A stretch of DNA of 64,000 bases. Origin: Candidatus Kaiserbacteria bacterium. Its GTDB lineage: Bacteria; Patescibacteriota; Minisyncoccia; Phycocordibacterales; JABMNX01. Numbering within the stretch: the first letter of the stretch is position 1; each line of letters starts with the position of its first letter. The DNA lies in the NCBI GenBank assembly GCA_013204405.1, contig JABMNX010000040.1:1046-65045 (forward strand), written 5' to 3'. Shown piece after piece: positions 10,091 to 20,769 of this stretch. Both the position numbers and the translations under genes were made by a program. A model generated the notes under the pieces. It saw only the letters and a program-made list of their open reading frames with translations, made no database searches and had not been told where the DNA came from.

Positions 10091-10262
10091 AGATTTTTAT
10101 ACTGCTCGAAACTTGGCAGACAAGTTAGGAGTAAATATAATGACGATTTATCGTTATATAAAAGCGGGTAAACTTAATGCTCACAAAATTGGAAAGGAGT
10201 TTCGCATTGACAAAACCGAGTTTGAGGCATTTTTAATAAAAACAAGAACAAATAAGAGGTAA
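10080..10262 (+). CDS. excisionase-family (TIGR01764-like) helix-turn-helix DNA-binding protein
   Basis: [46 protein letters not shown] matches the Xis-family HTH pattern. An alternative start lies at 10053. Confidence 0.6.
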   Translation: MKAKDFYTARNLADKLGVNIMTIYRYIKAGKLNAHKIGKEFRIDKTEFEAFLIKTRTNKR

Positions 10263-10281
10263 AAATAATCAAACCTTTATT

Positions 10282-11844
10282 ATGGCAAAAGAAAAAAAAC
10301 AGAGAAAAACAGAGAAAAATGGGGACGAGAACTTTGAAGCACAACTATTCAAGGCGGCTGATAAACTCCGAAAAAATATAGACGCTGGCGAATACAAGCA
10401 CATAGTGCTTGGTCTTATTTTCCTTAAATATATCTCCGACGCTTTCGAAGACCATTATAAGAAACTAAAAGAAGGCAAGGGAAAATATAAAGGAGCAGAC
10501 CCAGAAGATAAGGACGAATATAAAGCTGAAAATGTCTTTTGGACACCACCAGAAGCACGTTGGACATATTTGCACTCACGAGCAAAACTTCCAAGCATAG
10601 GAAAGGATTTGGACGCGGCAATGGAAGTAATAGAAAAAGAAAACCCAACCCTTAAAGGTATCTTAACGAAAGATTATGCTAAACCTAACTTGGATAAAAT
10701 TGCGCTTGGTGAATTAGTTGATTTAATTTCTAATATAGCTCTTGGAAAGGAAACAGATAAGTCGAAAGATATTATCGGACGCGTTTATGAATACTTTCTT
10801 GGCGAGTTTGCTTCACTCGAAGGTAAAAAAGGAGGGCAGTTCTATACACCACGAAGCATTGTTGAGTTAATGGTAGGAATGACAGAGCCATTAAAGGGGC
10901 GTGTTTTTGACCCCGCTTGTGGCTCTGGTGGTATGTTTGTAAGCTCTGAAAGGTTTGTGGAAGCACACCAAGGGCGTGTAGCTGATATTTCAATCTATGG
11001 GCAAGAAAGCAACCACACCACCTACCGTCTTTGCCGTATGAACCTTGCTTTGCGTGGCATAGACGGCTCACAGGTATCTTGGAATAGCGAAGGGTCGTTT
11101 TTGAAGGACGCACACCCAGACCTTAAAGCGGACTATATCCTCGCCAACCCACCATTTAATCAAAGTGATTGGGGTCACGACATTTTGAGAAATGATGTCC
11201 GTTGGAAATATGGAGTACCGCCAGAAGGAAATGCGAACTACGCTTGGTTACAACATATGGTTCACCACCTTGCACCAAAGGGAGTTATGGCAACGGTTCT
11301 CTCTAACGGCTCACTTTCTGTTGGCGGAGTTGAGGGTGAAATGAGGAAGAAATTGGTAGACGACGATTTAGTAGATTGTATTGTGGCTTTACCAAAACAA
11401 CTTTTCTACAACACGGGTATTCCTGCTTGTTTATGGTTCATATCACGAAAACGTCTTGGAAATGGCGATAGAAAACGAACAGGAGAAATCCTTTTTATTG
11501 ACGCTTCAGAAAAGGGATTTATGGCAGACAGAACTCACAGAGAGTTTACACAAGAAGACATACAAGAGATTGCTAATACATATCACGAATGGAGGAAGGA
11601 AGGAGGTAAGTATGAAGACATTAAGGGCTTCTGTAAGTCTGCCTCCTTGGAAGAGGTAGAGAAGAATAATTATGCTCTAACTGCTGGGCGATATGTGGGT
11701 ATTGCAGACGAAGAAGACGACGGAGAACCGTTTGAGGATAAAATGAAACGACTAACAGAAACTTTGAAAGAACAAATGTCAGAAGAGGAAGAATTGAATA
11801 AAGAAATTAAAAAACAACTTAAAAGAGTTGGGTTTGATATATGA
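10282..11844 (+). CDS. hsdM: type I restriction-modification N6-adenine DNA methyltransferase subunit M
   Basis: Motif [13 protein letters not shown] and motif [14 protein letters not shown]. 520 aa. HsdM N-terminal region [25 protein letters not shown]. Confidence 0.92.
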   Translation: MAKEKKQRKTEKNGDENFEAQLFKAADKLRKNIDAGEYKHIVLGLIFLKYISDAFEDHYKKLKEGKGKYKGADPEDKDEYKAENVFWTPPEARWTYLHSRAKLPSIGKDLDAAMEVIEKENPTLKGILTKDYAKPNLDKIALGELVDLISNIALGKETDKSKDIIGRVYEYFLGEFASLEGKKGGQFYTPRSIVELMVGMTEPLKGRVFDPACGSGGMFVSSERFVEAHQGRVADISIYGQESNHTTYRLCRMNLALRGIDGSQVSWNSEGSFLKDAHPDLKADYILANPPFNQSDWGHDILRNDVRWKYGVPPEGNANYAWLQHMVHHLAPKGVMATVLSNGSLSVGGVEGEMRKKLVDDDLVDCIVALPKQLFYNTGIPACLWFISRKRLGNGDRKRTGEILFIDASEKGFMADRTHREFTQEDIQEIANTYHEWRKEGGKYEDIKGFCKSASLEEVEKNNYALTAGRYVGIADEEDDGEPFEDKMKRLTETLKEQMSEEEELNKEIKKQLKRVGFDI

Positions 11845-12476
11845 GTAAAAATCTACCCTACACAGCACCATACAAAGGAGGAGACGCTTTCAACTGCCCA
11901 AACTGCGGAGCATTTGCTAATCAGTCGTGGGCAGAGCACTGGCATAATAACGAGGCAAGTTTGGACGGTCTTACTACGTCAAGGTGCGCGCGGTGCAATG
12001 ATTATGCGGTATGGAAATACGGAAATCTTATATGTCCTCAAACCTCACCCATAGAGCCACCAAGCAATGATTTACCAACAGAAGTAAAGACTGATTACGA
12101 GGAAGCAGCTAAAATTGTTCAGCAATCACCACGAGCTGCGGCAGCTCTTTTACGCTTAGCTATTCAAAAGCTTTGTGTTCACTTAGGAGGAAGCGGAAAG
12201 AAACTTAACAATGATATAGCTAATCTTGTTAAAGAGGGACTGCCAACTAAAATCCAACAAATGCTTGATACGGTTCGTGTTATAGGTAATCACTCTGTCC
12301 ACGCGGGGGTTATAGACTTAAATGATAATCCTCAAACAGCAGAAACTCTTTTCAAACTTGTAAATATAGTTACGGAGAAAATGATTACAGAGCCAAATGA
12401 AATAGACGCTATATACGATAGTTTACCAGAGGACGATAAGGAACAGATTGGTAAAAGAGATAACACAGAAAAGTAA
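11841..12476 (+). CDS. DUF4145 (HEPN-superfamily) protein with an N-terminal zinc ribbon, embedded between hsdM and hsdS
   Basis: CPNCG...CARC zinc ribbon. LRLAIQKL...[13 protein letters not shown] carries an R-x4-H motif typical of DUF4145/HEPN. Overlaps the hsdM stop by 4 nt. Confidence 0.6.
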   Translation: MSKNLPYTAPYKGGDAFNCPNCGAFANQSWAEHWHNNEASLDGLTTSRCARCNDYAVWKYGNLICPQTSPIEPPSNDLPTEVKTDYEEAAKIVQQSPRAAAALLRLAIQKLCVHLGGSGKKLNNDIANLVKEGLPTKIQQMLDTVRVIGNHSVHAGVIDLNDNPQTAETLFKLVNIVTEKMITEPNEIDAIYDSLPEDDKEQIGKRDNTEK

Positions 12477-13637
12477 ATGACAAAGACATTATCAAAATGG
12501 AATAGAGATAAATTAGGAAATACTATTGCTCTTGTAAAAAATAGTTGGCGTCCAAGTGACGAGAACATAAAATATGTTGGGTTAGAACATATAAACCAAG
12601 ACGAGCTTTCCTTAAATGGAGTTGGTGCTTCAGAGGGTTTGGCAAGCAATAAGTTTCGTTTTTCAAAGGGTGACATTCTTTTTGGTAAATTAAGACCATA
12701 CTTTCGCAAGGTGGTTAGACCAAGTTTTAATGGGGTGTGTTCGACAGATATTTGGGTTATGCGAGCTAAAGAGGGATATGACCAATCCTATTTGTTTTAT
12801 TTTATGGCTAATCCTGTTCTCATAAGTAAATCTATGGGAGCAAGCACAGGAACTCATATGCCGAGAGCTGATTGGAATTATCTGTCAGGGACAGAGTGGT
12901 ATTTTCCAGAATTATCAGAACAAAAAGAAATTGCGGAAGTACTTTCAAGCTTGGACGATAAAATAGAGCTTTTACAAAAGCAAAGCGAAACATTAGAACA
13001 AATAGCACAAGCACTTTTTAAGGAGTGGTTTTTGGAGTTTAATTTTCCAGATAAAAATGGAAAGCCGTATAAAAAGTCGGGTGGAAAAATGAGTGACAGT
13101 GAATTAGGTGAGATACCAGAGGGGTGGGAGGTTGGTTTTCTTAATGATATTTCGGAGATTACTTCTGGAAAGAGACCAGACAATAGTGTTGATAAAAAAA
13201 CTAAAACACACCAGATTCCTCTTGTTGGAGCTACGAGAATTATGGGGTATGTAGAAGAACCTTTGTATGACGAAGACATATTAGTTATTGGTAGGGTTGG
13301 AACACACGGCGTTATTCAAAGATTTTACGATAGAGTTTGGGTGTCGGACAATGCTTTTGTTATAAAATCAAAAGATTTTGTTTTTTTATACCACGTTCTT
13401 AAAAATATAAATTATGAAAAGTTAAATAAAGGAGCTGTACAGCCACTAATAACCCAGACTGATTTGAAAAATTATAAACTAGCAATGCCAAACGACAATG
13501 TTATGGATTTATTTGGAATGGCTGGTTCAGAAGTTTTCTTAAAATTAAAAGAGAACAGTTTTCAGGTTAACGTTCTTAGTAAAATCAGAGATTTTCTGTT
13601 ACCAAAACTAATGAACGGAGAAGTTCGGGTAAAATAA
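12477..13637 (+). CDS. hsdS: type I restriction-modification specificity subunit S
   Basis: 386 aa in two-TRD arrangement with conserved central and distal repeats (LPSLEEQKEIAEVLSSLDDKIELL-like segment: SEQKEIAEVLSSLDDKIELLQKQ). Confidence 0.88.
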   Translation: MTKTLSKWNRDKLGNTIALVKNSWRPSDENIKYVGLEHINQDELSLNGVGASEGLASNKFRFSKGDILFGKLRPYFRKVVRPSFNGVCSTDIWVMRAKEGYDQSYLFYFMANPVLISKSMGASTGTHMPRADWNYLSGTEWYFPELSEQKEIAEVLSSLDDKIELLQKQSETLEQIAQALFKEWFLEFNFPDKNGKPYKKSGGKMSDSELGEIPEGWEVGFLNDISEITSGKRPDNSVDKKTKTHQIPLVGATRIMGYVEEPLYDEDILVIGRVGTHGVIQRFYDRVWVSDNAFVIKSKDFVFLYHVLKNINYEKLNKGAVQPLITQTDLKNYKLAMPNDNVMDLFGMAGSEVFLKLKENSFQVNVLSKIRDFLLPKLMNGEVRVK

Positions 13638-13646
13638 GACATATGA

Positions 13647-14558
13647 GTGACTATGAAAAATATAAAACTGGCAATAGAGGAAAATGAAAAGTGGACTAAC
13701 TTGCACTCATACATTGAGTTAATAGAACAAAATTGTGATAGTAATCAGGGAGTTGCGCTTGACGGGGCAAAGAGTTTACTTGAAAGTATTTCAAAAACTA
13801 TTTTAGCTGACCGTGGAATTGTTTATGCTCCAGACGCGTCTCTTGGACGCCTTGTAAAAGACGCCGTTAGGTCACTTCCTTCTTTTGATATATTAGATAA
13901 ACAAGACGCTGATGTTGTGGTTCGTATAGTGAGTGGCTTGGAAAGCGTCTCGTCCAGTATTGGTTCTCTCCGAAACAGGCACGGAACGGTAGGACACGGA
14001 AAAGATTTACACGAAGAGCGAGAATTAGATAGACGTCTCGCGAACCTTGCAATTTCTTGTGTGGACAATCTAGCTGGTTTTCTAATGGAAGCACATTCCT
14101 CTGAACCAGACGGAATAAAAAGACTTCGCTATGAAGATTTCTCTGGTTTCAATGAAAGATTTGACGAACAACAGGAGCAAATAGAGATTGAAGGTATCGT
14201 AATAAGTCCAAGTCGCGCTCTTTTCGACCAAGATATTGAAGCGTTCAAGGAGACAGCAATTGCTTTTGGACAAAAAGAGAAGTTGGTTGACGATTTGGAG
14301 ACAAGTTTTAATTTTGTTACCACACACAACATCATTGAAGGTCTATCAAAACACAAAGATTTTTCAGAGGCACAAGTAAGACGTTTAGTATCTATATGCT
14401 CTACTAATAATCAGGTCGAGTGGATTATAGGAGACCCTGATGTTCATAAGTTTTATTCAGGAATCCTCTCAAATTACAGACATTATATGCCAACAGAACA
14501 AGCAGAGTACCTTTTTCTTTTATTAAATGAAAATAAATCTGAAGACCTTGATTTTTAG
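13647..14558 (+). CDS. hypothetical 303-aa protein in the PrrC-equivalent slot (between hsdS and hsdR), with a candidate HEPN-like R-x5-H motif
   Basis: SLRNRHGTVGHGKD at residues 108-121 (nt ~13971). No P-loop. Acidic C-terminal half. Confidence 0.4.
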   Translation: MTMKNIKLAIEENEKWTNLHSYIELIEQNCDSNQGVALDGAKSLLESISKTILADRGIVYAPDASLGRLVKDAVRSLPSFDILDKQDADVVVRIVSGLESVSSSIGSLRNRHGTVGHGKDLHEERELDRRLANLAISCVDNLAGFLMEAHSSEPDGIKRLRYEDFSGFNERFDEQQEQIEIEGIVISPSRALFDQDIEAFKETAIAFGQKEKLVDDLETSFNFVTTHNIIEGLSKHKDFSEAQVRRLVSICSTNNQVEWIIGDPDVHKFYSGILSNYRHYMPTEQAEYLFLLLNENKSEDLDF

Positions 14559-14602
14559 TACTAAGTGGACTATTTAGTGAATAGTTGTTCTAATAGATAA
14601 AA

Positions 14603-17600
14603 ATGACAAAAATATACGAAGACGACATAGAAAAATGGGTTATAGAACTTCTTGAAAAAGAGGGATATGTTTATTTATCCCCACAGGAGCAGGAAGTAGA
14701 AAGACCTGACCTAAAGGAAGTTATCCTAAAAGGACGCTTGGAACAGGCGGTGGCTCGGCTTAACTCCAATATCTCTCCAGAAGCCCGCGAGGAGGCAATA
14801 AAGCGGGTTTTTAACCTCGTTCCACAGCATTTGGTAGAAAGTAATGAGACATTTCAAACAATGCTCACAGACGGCGTGAGTGTGGAAGTCCCAGCCGAGC
14901 AAGGTGGCACTCGTGGAGAAATAGTTCACCTTGTTGATTTTGAAAATCCTACAAACAACGACCTTATAGTAACTAACCAATTTACTATTCCTTATGACCA
15001 TACTAGCAAGAGACCTGACGTAGTACTTTTGATAAATGGGCTTCCTCTTGCCGTAATTGAACTCAAAAATCCTGCTGACGAAAATGCTACGGTTCATAAG
15101 GCATTTACACAACTTCAAAACTACAAAGACGCAGTGCCACAACTTTTTGTATACAACGGTATTTTAATCGCTTCTGACGGATTAGACGGACGGGTAGGTT
15201 CTCTAACTGCTCCGTGGGAGAGATTTTATTTATGGAGAGAGCCAGATAAAAAAGAGAAAGAAAAAGTAAAACCACAAATGGAAACGATTATAAAAGAAAT
15301 GCTTCAGCCAGAAGTTCTTCTTGATTTAATAAGAAACTTTACTGTCTTTGAAAAAGTGAAGAAAGAAGATAAGAAAACAGGAAGAGTTGTTGTAGAGACA
15401 ATTAAAAAAGTGGCGGCGTATCACCAGTATTATGTAGTGAATAAAGCCATTACTTCTACTATAGAGGCGACAAGTGAGAAGGGAGAGCGAAAAATAGGAG
15501 TGGTTTGGCATACACAAGGTTCAGGAAAATCTCTTTCAATGGTTTTTTATACAGGAAAAGCTGTTCTCTCTCTTGGTAATCCAACAGTTGTCGTCATTAC
15601 AGACAGAAATGATTTGGACGACCAACTTTTTGGAACATTTTCAGCAAGCAAAGGACTTTTAAGACAAGAGCCAATTCAGGCAAAAAGTAGAGAGCACTTA
15701 AAAGAACTTTTACAAACAGCAGGTGGTGGAATTATCTTTACGACTATTCAAAAGTTTTTTCCAGAGAACGGAGGCGAAACTTATGATGAGTTAACAGATA
15801 GGAGAAATGTTGTAGTCATTGCAGACGAAGCTCACCGTTCACAATATGGTTTTGCGGCGAGAACTGTATTTAAGGACGAGCAAGCTATTACAAGATATGG
15901 TAATGCAAAGTATTTACGGGACGCTTTACCAAATGCTTCGTTTATTGGCTTTACTGGAACACCTATTGAAAGTGCAGATAAATCTACACCAGCAGTGTTT
16001 GGTAAATATATTGACGTATATGATGTTCAAGACGCGGTAGAGGACGGGGCAACCGTGCCTATTTACTACGAAAGTCGATTAGTAAAAGTTCATTTGCCAG
16101 TAGAAGAGAGTATGAAAATTGACGCGGAAGTTGAGGCGGTTGCCGAAGGGGTAGAGTTTACTGCTAAAGAGAAAGCAAAAGCAAAATGGGCGCAACTAGA
16201 GGCGGTAATTGGTAATCGTGCAAGACTTAAAGAGATTGCCAAAGATTTGGTGGAGCACTACGAAGCACGACAAGAAGTGAATATAGGAAAAGCAATGATA
16301 GTTGCTATGAGTAGGAGGATTGCTGTTGAACTGTATGAAGAAATCATTGAACTTCGTCCTGAATGGCACAACAAGGATTTTGACAAAGGAGCAATAAAGG
16401 TTGTGATGACTGCGAACTCTTCTGACCCAAAAGAGTTCCAGCCACATCATACAAATAAACAAGACAGACAAAGATTAGCTACTCGTTTCAAAGACGCAGA
16501 TAATGAACTAAAAATTGTTGTTGTTTGTGATATGTGGCTTACAGGATTTGATGTGCCAAGTTTACATACTATGTATGTAGATAAGCTAATGCGAGGACAC
16601 AACTTAATGCAAGCGATAGCTCGTGTAAACCGAGTGTTCAGAGATAAAGAAGGGGGACTTATTGTTGATTATATTGGTTTTGCGGCAGATTTACAGAAGG
16701 CACTTGCTATTTATACACAAAGCGGAGGAAAGGGAGACCCTACACTAACCCAACAAAAAGCTATTGAAGTGATGTTGGAGAAATATGAAGTGGTAAAACA
16801 AATGTTCCATAACTTTGATTATCGCCGATACTTTACTGTTGATACACAAGGAAAGCTAGAGGTTATTTTGGAAGCACAGGAACATATTCTTGCACAAGAT
16901 AATAAAGAAGGTAAAAGTGGAAAAGAAAAGAAGGAGGGTATACAAGAAAGATATACACGAGAAGTAACTGCACTCTCAAAAGTATTTGCTATCGCCATTC
17001 CAAGCGAAGAAGCTTTTTCTATACGAGACGAAGTAGCATTTTTTCAAGCCATTAAATCACGTTTAATAAAGTTTGACCCAGACCCAGAAGGCAGACGGGA
17101 AGATATAGATACTGCTATCAGGCAGATTATAGACCAAGCCATTGTTACTGAAGGTGTGGTGGATATTTTTGCAGCTGCAGGTATACAAAAGCCAGACCTT
17201 TCTGTTCTCTCTGACGAGTTCTTATCAGAGGTACAGAATATGAAGCACAGAAACTTGGCAATGGAATTATTGAAACGTGTAATTGACGACGAAATAAAGG
17301 CACGGTTAAGAAAGAACTTTATTCAAGGAAAGAAGTTATCTGAAATGCTTGAAAAGACGCTTAAAAAATACCAAAACAATCTTCTTACTGCTTCTGAAGT
17401 AATTCAAGAGTTGATTAAGTTGGCGAAGGAAATAAAAGACGCAGACGCCCGTGGCGAGGACTTAGGGCTATCAGAGGACGAGATAGCTTTCTATGACGCT
17501 TTGAGTGACAACGGTAGTGCAAAAGAGGTATTGGGAGATAACACACTTCGTGACTTAGCGAGAGTTCTTGTAGAGAAGGTCAGGGGTAGTGCAACGATTG

Positions 17601-17752
17601 ACTGGACTATCAGAGAGAATGTAAGAGCGAAGCTCCGTGTGCTTGTGAAAAGAACACTTAATCAGTTTGGGTATCCGCCAGACAAACAAGCTATTGCCAC
17701 AGAGTTTGTATTGAAGCAAGCAGAACTCTTTGCTGACGAGTGGACTAAATAG
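14603..17752 (+). CDS. hsdR: type I restriction enzyme endonuclease/helicase subunit R
   Basis: 1049 aa. Walker [16 protein letters not shown] box [11 protein letters not shown], motif [10 protein letters not shown], plus a C-terminal HsdR tail. Confidence 0.92.
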   Translation: MTKIYEDDIEKWVIELLEKEGYVYLSPQEQEVERPDLKEVILKGRLEQAVARLNSNISPEAREEAIKRVFNLVPQHLVESNETFQTMLTDGVSVEVPAEQGGTRGEIVHLVDFENPTNNDLIVTNQFTIPYDHTSKRPDVVLLINGLPLAVIELKNPADENATVHKAFTQLQNYKDAVPQLFVYNGILIASDGLDGRVGSLTAPWERFYLWREPDKKEKEKVKPQMETIIKEMLQPEVLLDLIRNFTVFEKVKKEDKKTGRVVVETIKKVAAYHQYYVVNKAITSTIEATSEKGERKIGVVWHTQGSGKSLSMVFYTGKAVLSLGNPTVVVITDRNDLDDQLFGTFSASKGLLRQEPIQAKSREHLKELLQTAGGGIIFTTIQKFFPENGGETYDELTDRRNVVVIADEAHRSQYGFAARTVFKDEQAITRYGNAKYLRDALPNASFIGFTGTPIESADKSTPAVFGKYIDVYDVQDAVEDGATVPIYYESRLVKVHLPVEESMKIDAEVEAVAEGVEFTAKEKAKAKWAQLEAVIGNRARLKEIAKDLVEHYEARQEVNIGKAMIVAMSRRIAVELYEEIIELRPEWHNKDFDKGAIKVVMTANSSDPKEFQPHHTNKQDRQRLATRFKDADNELKIVVVCDMWLTGFDVPSLHTMYVDKLMRGHNLMQAIARVNRVFRDKEGGLIVDYIGFAADLQKALAIYTQSGGKGDPTLTQQKAIEVMLEKYEVVKQMFHNFDYRRYFTVDTQGKLEVILEAQEHILAQDNKEGKSGKEKKEGIQERYTREVTALSKVFAIAIPSEEAFSIRDEVAFFQAIKSRLIKFDPDPEGRREDIDTAIRQIIDQAIVTEGVVDIFAAAGIQKPDLSVLSDEFLSEVQNMKHRNLAMELLKRVIDDEIKARLRKNFIQGKKLSEMLEKTLKKYQNNLLTASEVIQELIKLAKEIKDADARGEDLGLSEDEIAFYDALSDNGSAKEVLGDNTLRDLARVLVEKVRGSATIDWTIRENVRAKLRVLVKRTLNQFGYPPDKQAIATEFVLKQAELFADEWTK

Positions 17753-17872
17753 TTATGGAGACAAAAAAGAAAGTGGAATGGACAAAGGAAGAAAGAGACA
17801 GAATAGTCGGTTTCTTCGACCTTTTGATAAAAGTGGACAAGAGGCAAAATCCACATTTGTATAAAAAACAAA

Positions 17873-18520
17873 ATGAGCGGCAATCCAATAAATGAATTAG
17901 AAGAAAAGTTCAATGCTTTTATAAACGAAAAAGACGACCATAGATTTTTCCTGCGTCTTTCAAAGTATTTTCAATTTATTGAAGATACATTTCCTTTGGA
18001 CAACATAGTAAAAAAACTTTTCTCTTCTCCTTCTGAACTTTCTATGTTTAAGAATATAGAAGGTTTGTATAATTCTATCGTCCTACATAAATCACCTACT
18101 CGTTTTTCAATTAGTCCAAGTTCTGTGGACGGGTCTGGTATCCGTACTTTACACAAGCGTCTTATTGAAGAAGCGAGAAAATCAGGTCTTGCGAGGGTGT
18201 CTGTAATAGAAAGAAGTGTTGACGGTAGTTATACATTCAACGGGGCGACAATACCTTTTGGCAGAAAAACAATTAAATATCACATATTCGATTATCTATA
18301 TAACTCACCTAGCCACAGAGTTTCTTATGCGGAAATAGATAAATATCTTGTAAGGAATGGGTTTGGTGTAATGAAGAATAACGAAAAAAGAAGTGAAAGA
18401 ATAAGGAGGGCTGTGACAGGTTATCGTGACAAACAAAAAAAGCATTCACAGGTAGGCAATATATCCATATTAGAAATAGAGCACAATTTTGGAGTTAAGC
18501 TGAACAATCCTTTGGTTTGA
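17873..18520 (+). CDS. hypothetical protein (215 aa)
   Basis: No motif recognised. Last gene before the terminator. Confidence 0.45.
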   Translation: MSGNPINELEEKFNAFINEKDDHRFFLRLSKYFQFIEDTFPLDNIVKKLFSSPSELSMFKNIEGLYNSIVLHKSPTRFSISPSSVDGSGIRTLHKRLIEEARKSGLARVSVIERSVDGSYTFNGATIPFGRKTIKYHIFDYLYNSPSHRVSYAEIDKYLVRNGFGVMKNNEKRSERIRRAVTGYRDKQKKHSQVGNISILEIEHNFGVKLNNPLV

Positions 18521-18552
18521 GTTTGTGTTGTAGATAAAAAATAACGAACCTA

Positions 18553-18585
18553 GAAAAGCCCTATGAAAGGGGCTTTTTTGTTTTG
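18553..18585 (+). terminator. rho-independent terminator
   Basis: GAAAAGCCC-tatgaaa-GGGGCTTTT followed by TTTTGTTTTG. Confidence 0.6.
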
Positions 18586-18961
18586 TATACCAAAAAAGGA
18601 CTATTAGGGACTACTAAACCTGACTGGGAAAATATACATAGCACAACCACTTCGTGTGCAGTGCTTACAAGAGAAAAAGAAGACACGGTGTTTCGGGGAA
18701 GTCCGTGGATAAATAAAAACTTCTCCGTAAACGGAAGCTCTCTTCAGGCACAAATGCGAACGCTGGGGAAAATGTTGACCACTCGTCCCAGCCGTCTAAT
18801 TTGTGTCGGAATGGAGTAGGTGTGGGGAATGCGAGAGGTCGTTCATTCCTATCACATCAACTTTCTTCTCTCACATAAAACAACTCACAAATCCTATTTA
18901 GTAGGAAAGTGGGGCATATGAACAAAACTAGAAAAATAAAGTCAAAGATTATATAATTACT

Positions 18962-19147
18962 ATGCTACGCGAGAACAGTCAACTTCATAATAAAAAAATT
19001 GAACCCAGAAAGGGGCAACGAACTTCCTCGCGTAGCAATGTGAGGTCTCGTTGTCCCTCTTTGCGTTATGATTTTGTTAAAGAAAATCAAGAGAATGTTA
19101 ATAGAGCTTTTGATGTCCTTTTTGAAGCTATTACAAACGTGAGATAA
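18962..19147 (+). CDS. small basic ORF (61 aa) directly upstream of the recombinase gene, a possible recombination directionality factor
   Basis: MLRENSQLHNKKIEPRKGQRTSSRSNVRSR... A TATAAT-like box lies at about 18952. No homology recognised. Confidence 0.2.
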   Translation: MLRENSQLHNKKIEPRKGQRTSSRSNVRSRCPSLRYDFVKENQENVNRAFDVLFEAITNVR

Positions 19148-19155
19148 TTTTATTT

Positions 19156-20769
19156 ATGAATACACCACAGAAAACAACTAAACTTATTGCTATGTATGCT
19201 CGTGTTTCAACCTCCCACCAAGAGGAAGAACAGACTATAGAAAACCAAATGAACGCAATGAAAGAGTATATTGAAGGTAAGGGGTATACCGTGGTGCGTG
19301 TGTATAAAGACGAAGGGTGGAGTGGTGATAGTCTTATACGCCCAGCTCTTGATAGATTAAGGCAAGACGCTAAAGACAAAATCTGGGAGGGTGTACTTAT
19401 ATATGACCCTGACAGACTGGCTCGTCGATACTCATATCAAGAACTTGTTTCTGACGAACTTAGAGAAGCGGGTATTGAAGTTATGTATGTTACGGTTTCA
19501 GCTCCTAAAAACAATGAAGACAAAATACTTCACGGAGTAAGAGGATTGTTTGCAGAATACGAGAGAGCAAAAATTACTGAAAGATTTAGGTTGGGTAAAC
19601 TACGTAAAATAAAGAATGGTCACATTTTAGTAAGTGAACCGCTGTATGGATATTCTTATGTACCCAAAAATGATAAACAGCACGGTTATTATGAAATTAA
19701 CGAACAAGAAGCTAGTGTTGTGAGGCAGATTTTTTCTTGGGTTGCAGACGAAAAAATGACATTACGAGGAATTGTTAGGAGGTTACAGAAAGAGAATATA
19801 AAACCACGAAAAAGTAAGCGTGGGGTTTGGAGTACAAGCACATTAAGCACAATGCTACGAAATGAGGCATACATTGGCGAGGCACACTGGGGCAGTTCTT
19901 ATGCTGTTATTCCAGAAAAGCCACTGAAGGAGGAAAAATATAAGAAGATAAAGAAAAGTAGTCGGAGAATAAAACCGAAAGAGGAATGGCTAATTATTCC
20001 TGTTCCAGTAATAGTTGGTAAAGATATCTTTGAGAGAACACGAGCACAACTGAAAAGGAACTTTGCGCAGTGTAAAAGAAACAAAAAGAACGATTATCTA
20101 CTGTCCAGTCTTATTTATTGTGAGTGTGGTCGTAGGAGGGCTGGGGAGGGGGCTATGAATGGTAAACATTTATATTATCGTTGTACTGATAGGGTACATA
20201 GTTTCCCGCTAGCACCGACTTGCAAGGAAGGAGGTATAAACGCGAGAGTGTCAGATAAATTAGTGTGGGAGAAAATCTCAAAGCTAATGACTTCACCTGA
20301 ATTATTGAATAAGCAAATTGAAAGGTGGAACAGAAGCCAGAAAACAAAAACTAGTGGGACTATATTTAATGTTGAGTCTTTGGAGACTGAATTAAATAAG
20401 CTAAAGAAACAGGAAGATAGATACAACAAAGCGTATGGTGCTGGAGCATTTAGTGTTGAGCAACTAAAGGAGTACACATCTCCTCTGAAACAGCATATTA
20501 GTGAGGTAGAGATACAAATTGCGGAAACAAGAGAACAAGAAAAAGAGCAAAAGATTAGTAAATTACCAAGTGAAGCAGATGCCAAAGTATTTGCAGAGAG
20601 GGTTAAAGAAAATATAAATAACTTGAACTTTTCCTCAAAACGAGAGATAGTATTGTCTGCGGTGGAGAAAATCGTAGGCACACAAGAAAAGTTATGTGTA
20701 TCTGGGTATATCCCCGTAGATAATTATGTCTCATTCAAAACTAACCATCGGAATCGTTGGACTCCCTAA
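19156..20769 (+). CDS. large serine recombinase (resolvase/invertase N-domain, recombinase domain and zinc-ribbon)
   Basis: IAMYARVSTSHQEE (catalytic Ser), LDRLARR-like DPDRLARRY, and C-x2-C...C cysteines (CECGRR...YYRCTDR). 537 aa. Confidence 0.85.
   Translation: MNTPQKTTKLIAMYARVSTSHQEEEQTIENQMNAMKEYIEGKGYTVVRVYKDEGWSGDSLIRPALDRLRQDAKDKIWEGVLIYDPDRLARRYSYQELVSDELREAGIEVMYVTVSAPKNNEDKILHGVRGLFAEYERAKITERFRLGKLRKIKNGHILVSEPLYGYSYVPKNDKQHGYYEINEQEASVVRQIFSWVADEKMTLRGIVRRLQKENIKPRKSKRGVWSTSTLSTMLRNEAYIGEAHWGSSYAVIPEKPLKEEKYKKIKKSSRRIKPKEEWLIIPVPVIVGKDIFERTRAQLKRNFAQCKRNKKNDYLLSSLIYCECGRRRAGEGAMNGKHLYYRCTDRVHSFPLAPTCKEGGINARVSDKLVWEKISKLMTSPELLNKQIERWNRSQKTKTSGTIFNVESLETELNKLKKQEDRYNKAYGAGAFSVEQLKEYTSPLKQHISEVEIQIAETREQEKEQKISKLPSEADAKVFAERVKENINNLNFSSKREIVLSAVEKIVGTQEKLCVSGYIPVDNYVSFKTNHRNRWTP

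Larger units (their letters stand above)
7100..20769 (+). mobile_element. putative integrated accessory island: unknown genes, type I R-M system and large serine recombinase. The left boundary is uncertain (about 6.3-7.3 kb).
   Basis: Accessory gene content is flanked by the recombinase gene, whose 3' end overlaps ychF, and on the left by a repeat-rich non-coding stretch. No att sites could be defined by eye. Confidence 0.35.

Noticed and set aside
18680-18870. Possible RNase P RNA or other ncRNA (GGGGAAGTCCG resembles the P4 GGAAAGUCCGG box). A 78-aa ORF is listed at 18583..18819.
   Set aside because: No CR-II (AGGGUGAAA), CR-V (ACAGAACCCGGCUUA) or other RNase P landmarks on either strand. 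The ORF has no support and overlaps a terminator. Left as unexplained intergenic DNA.
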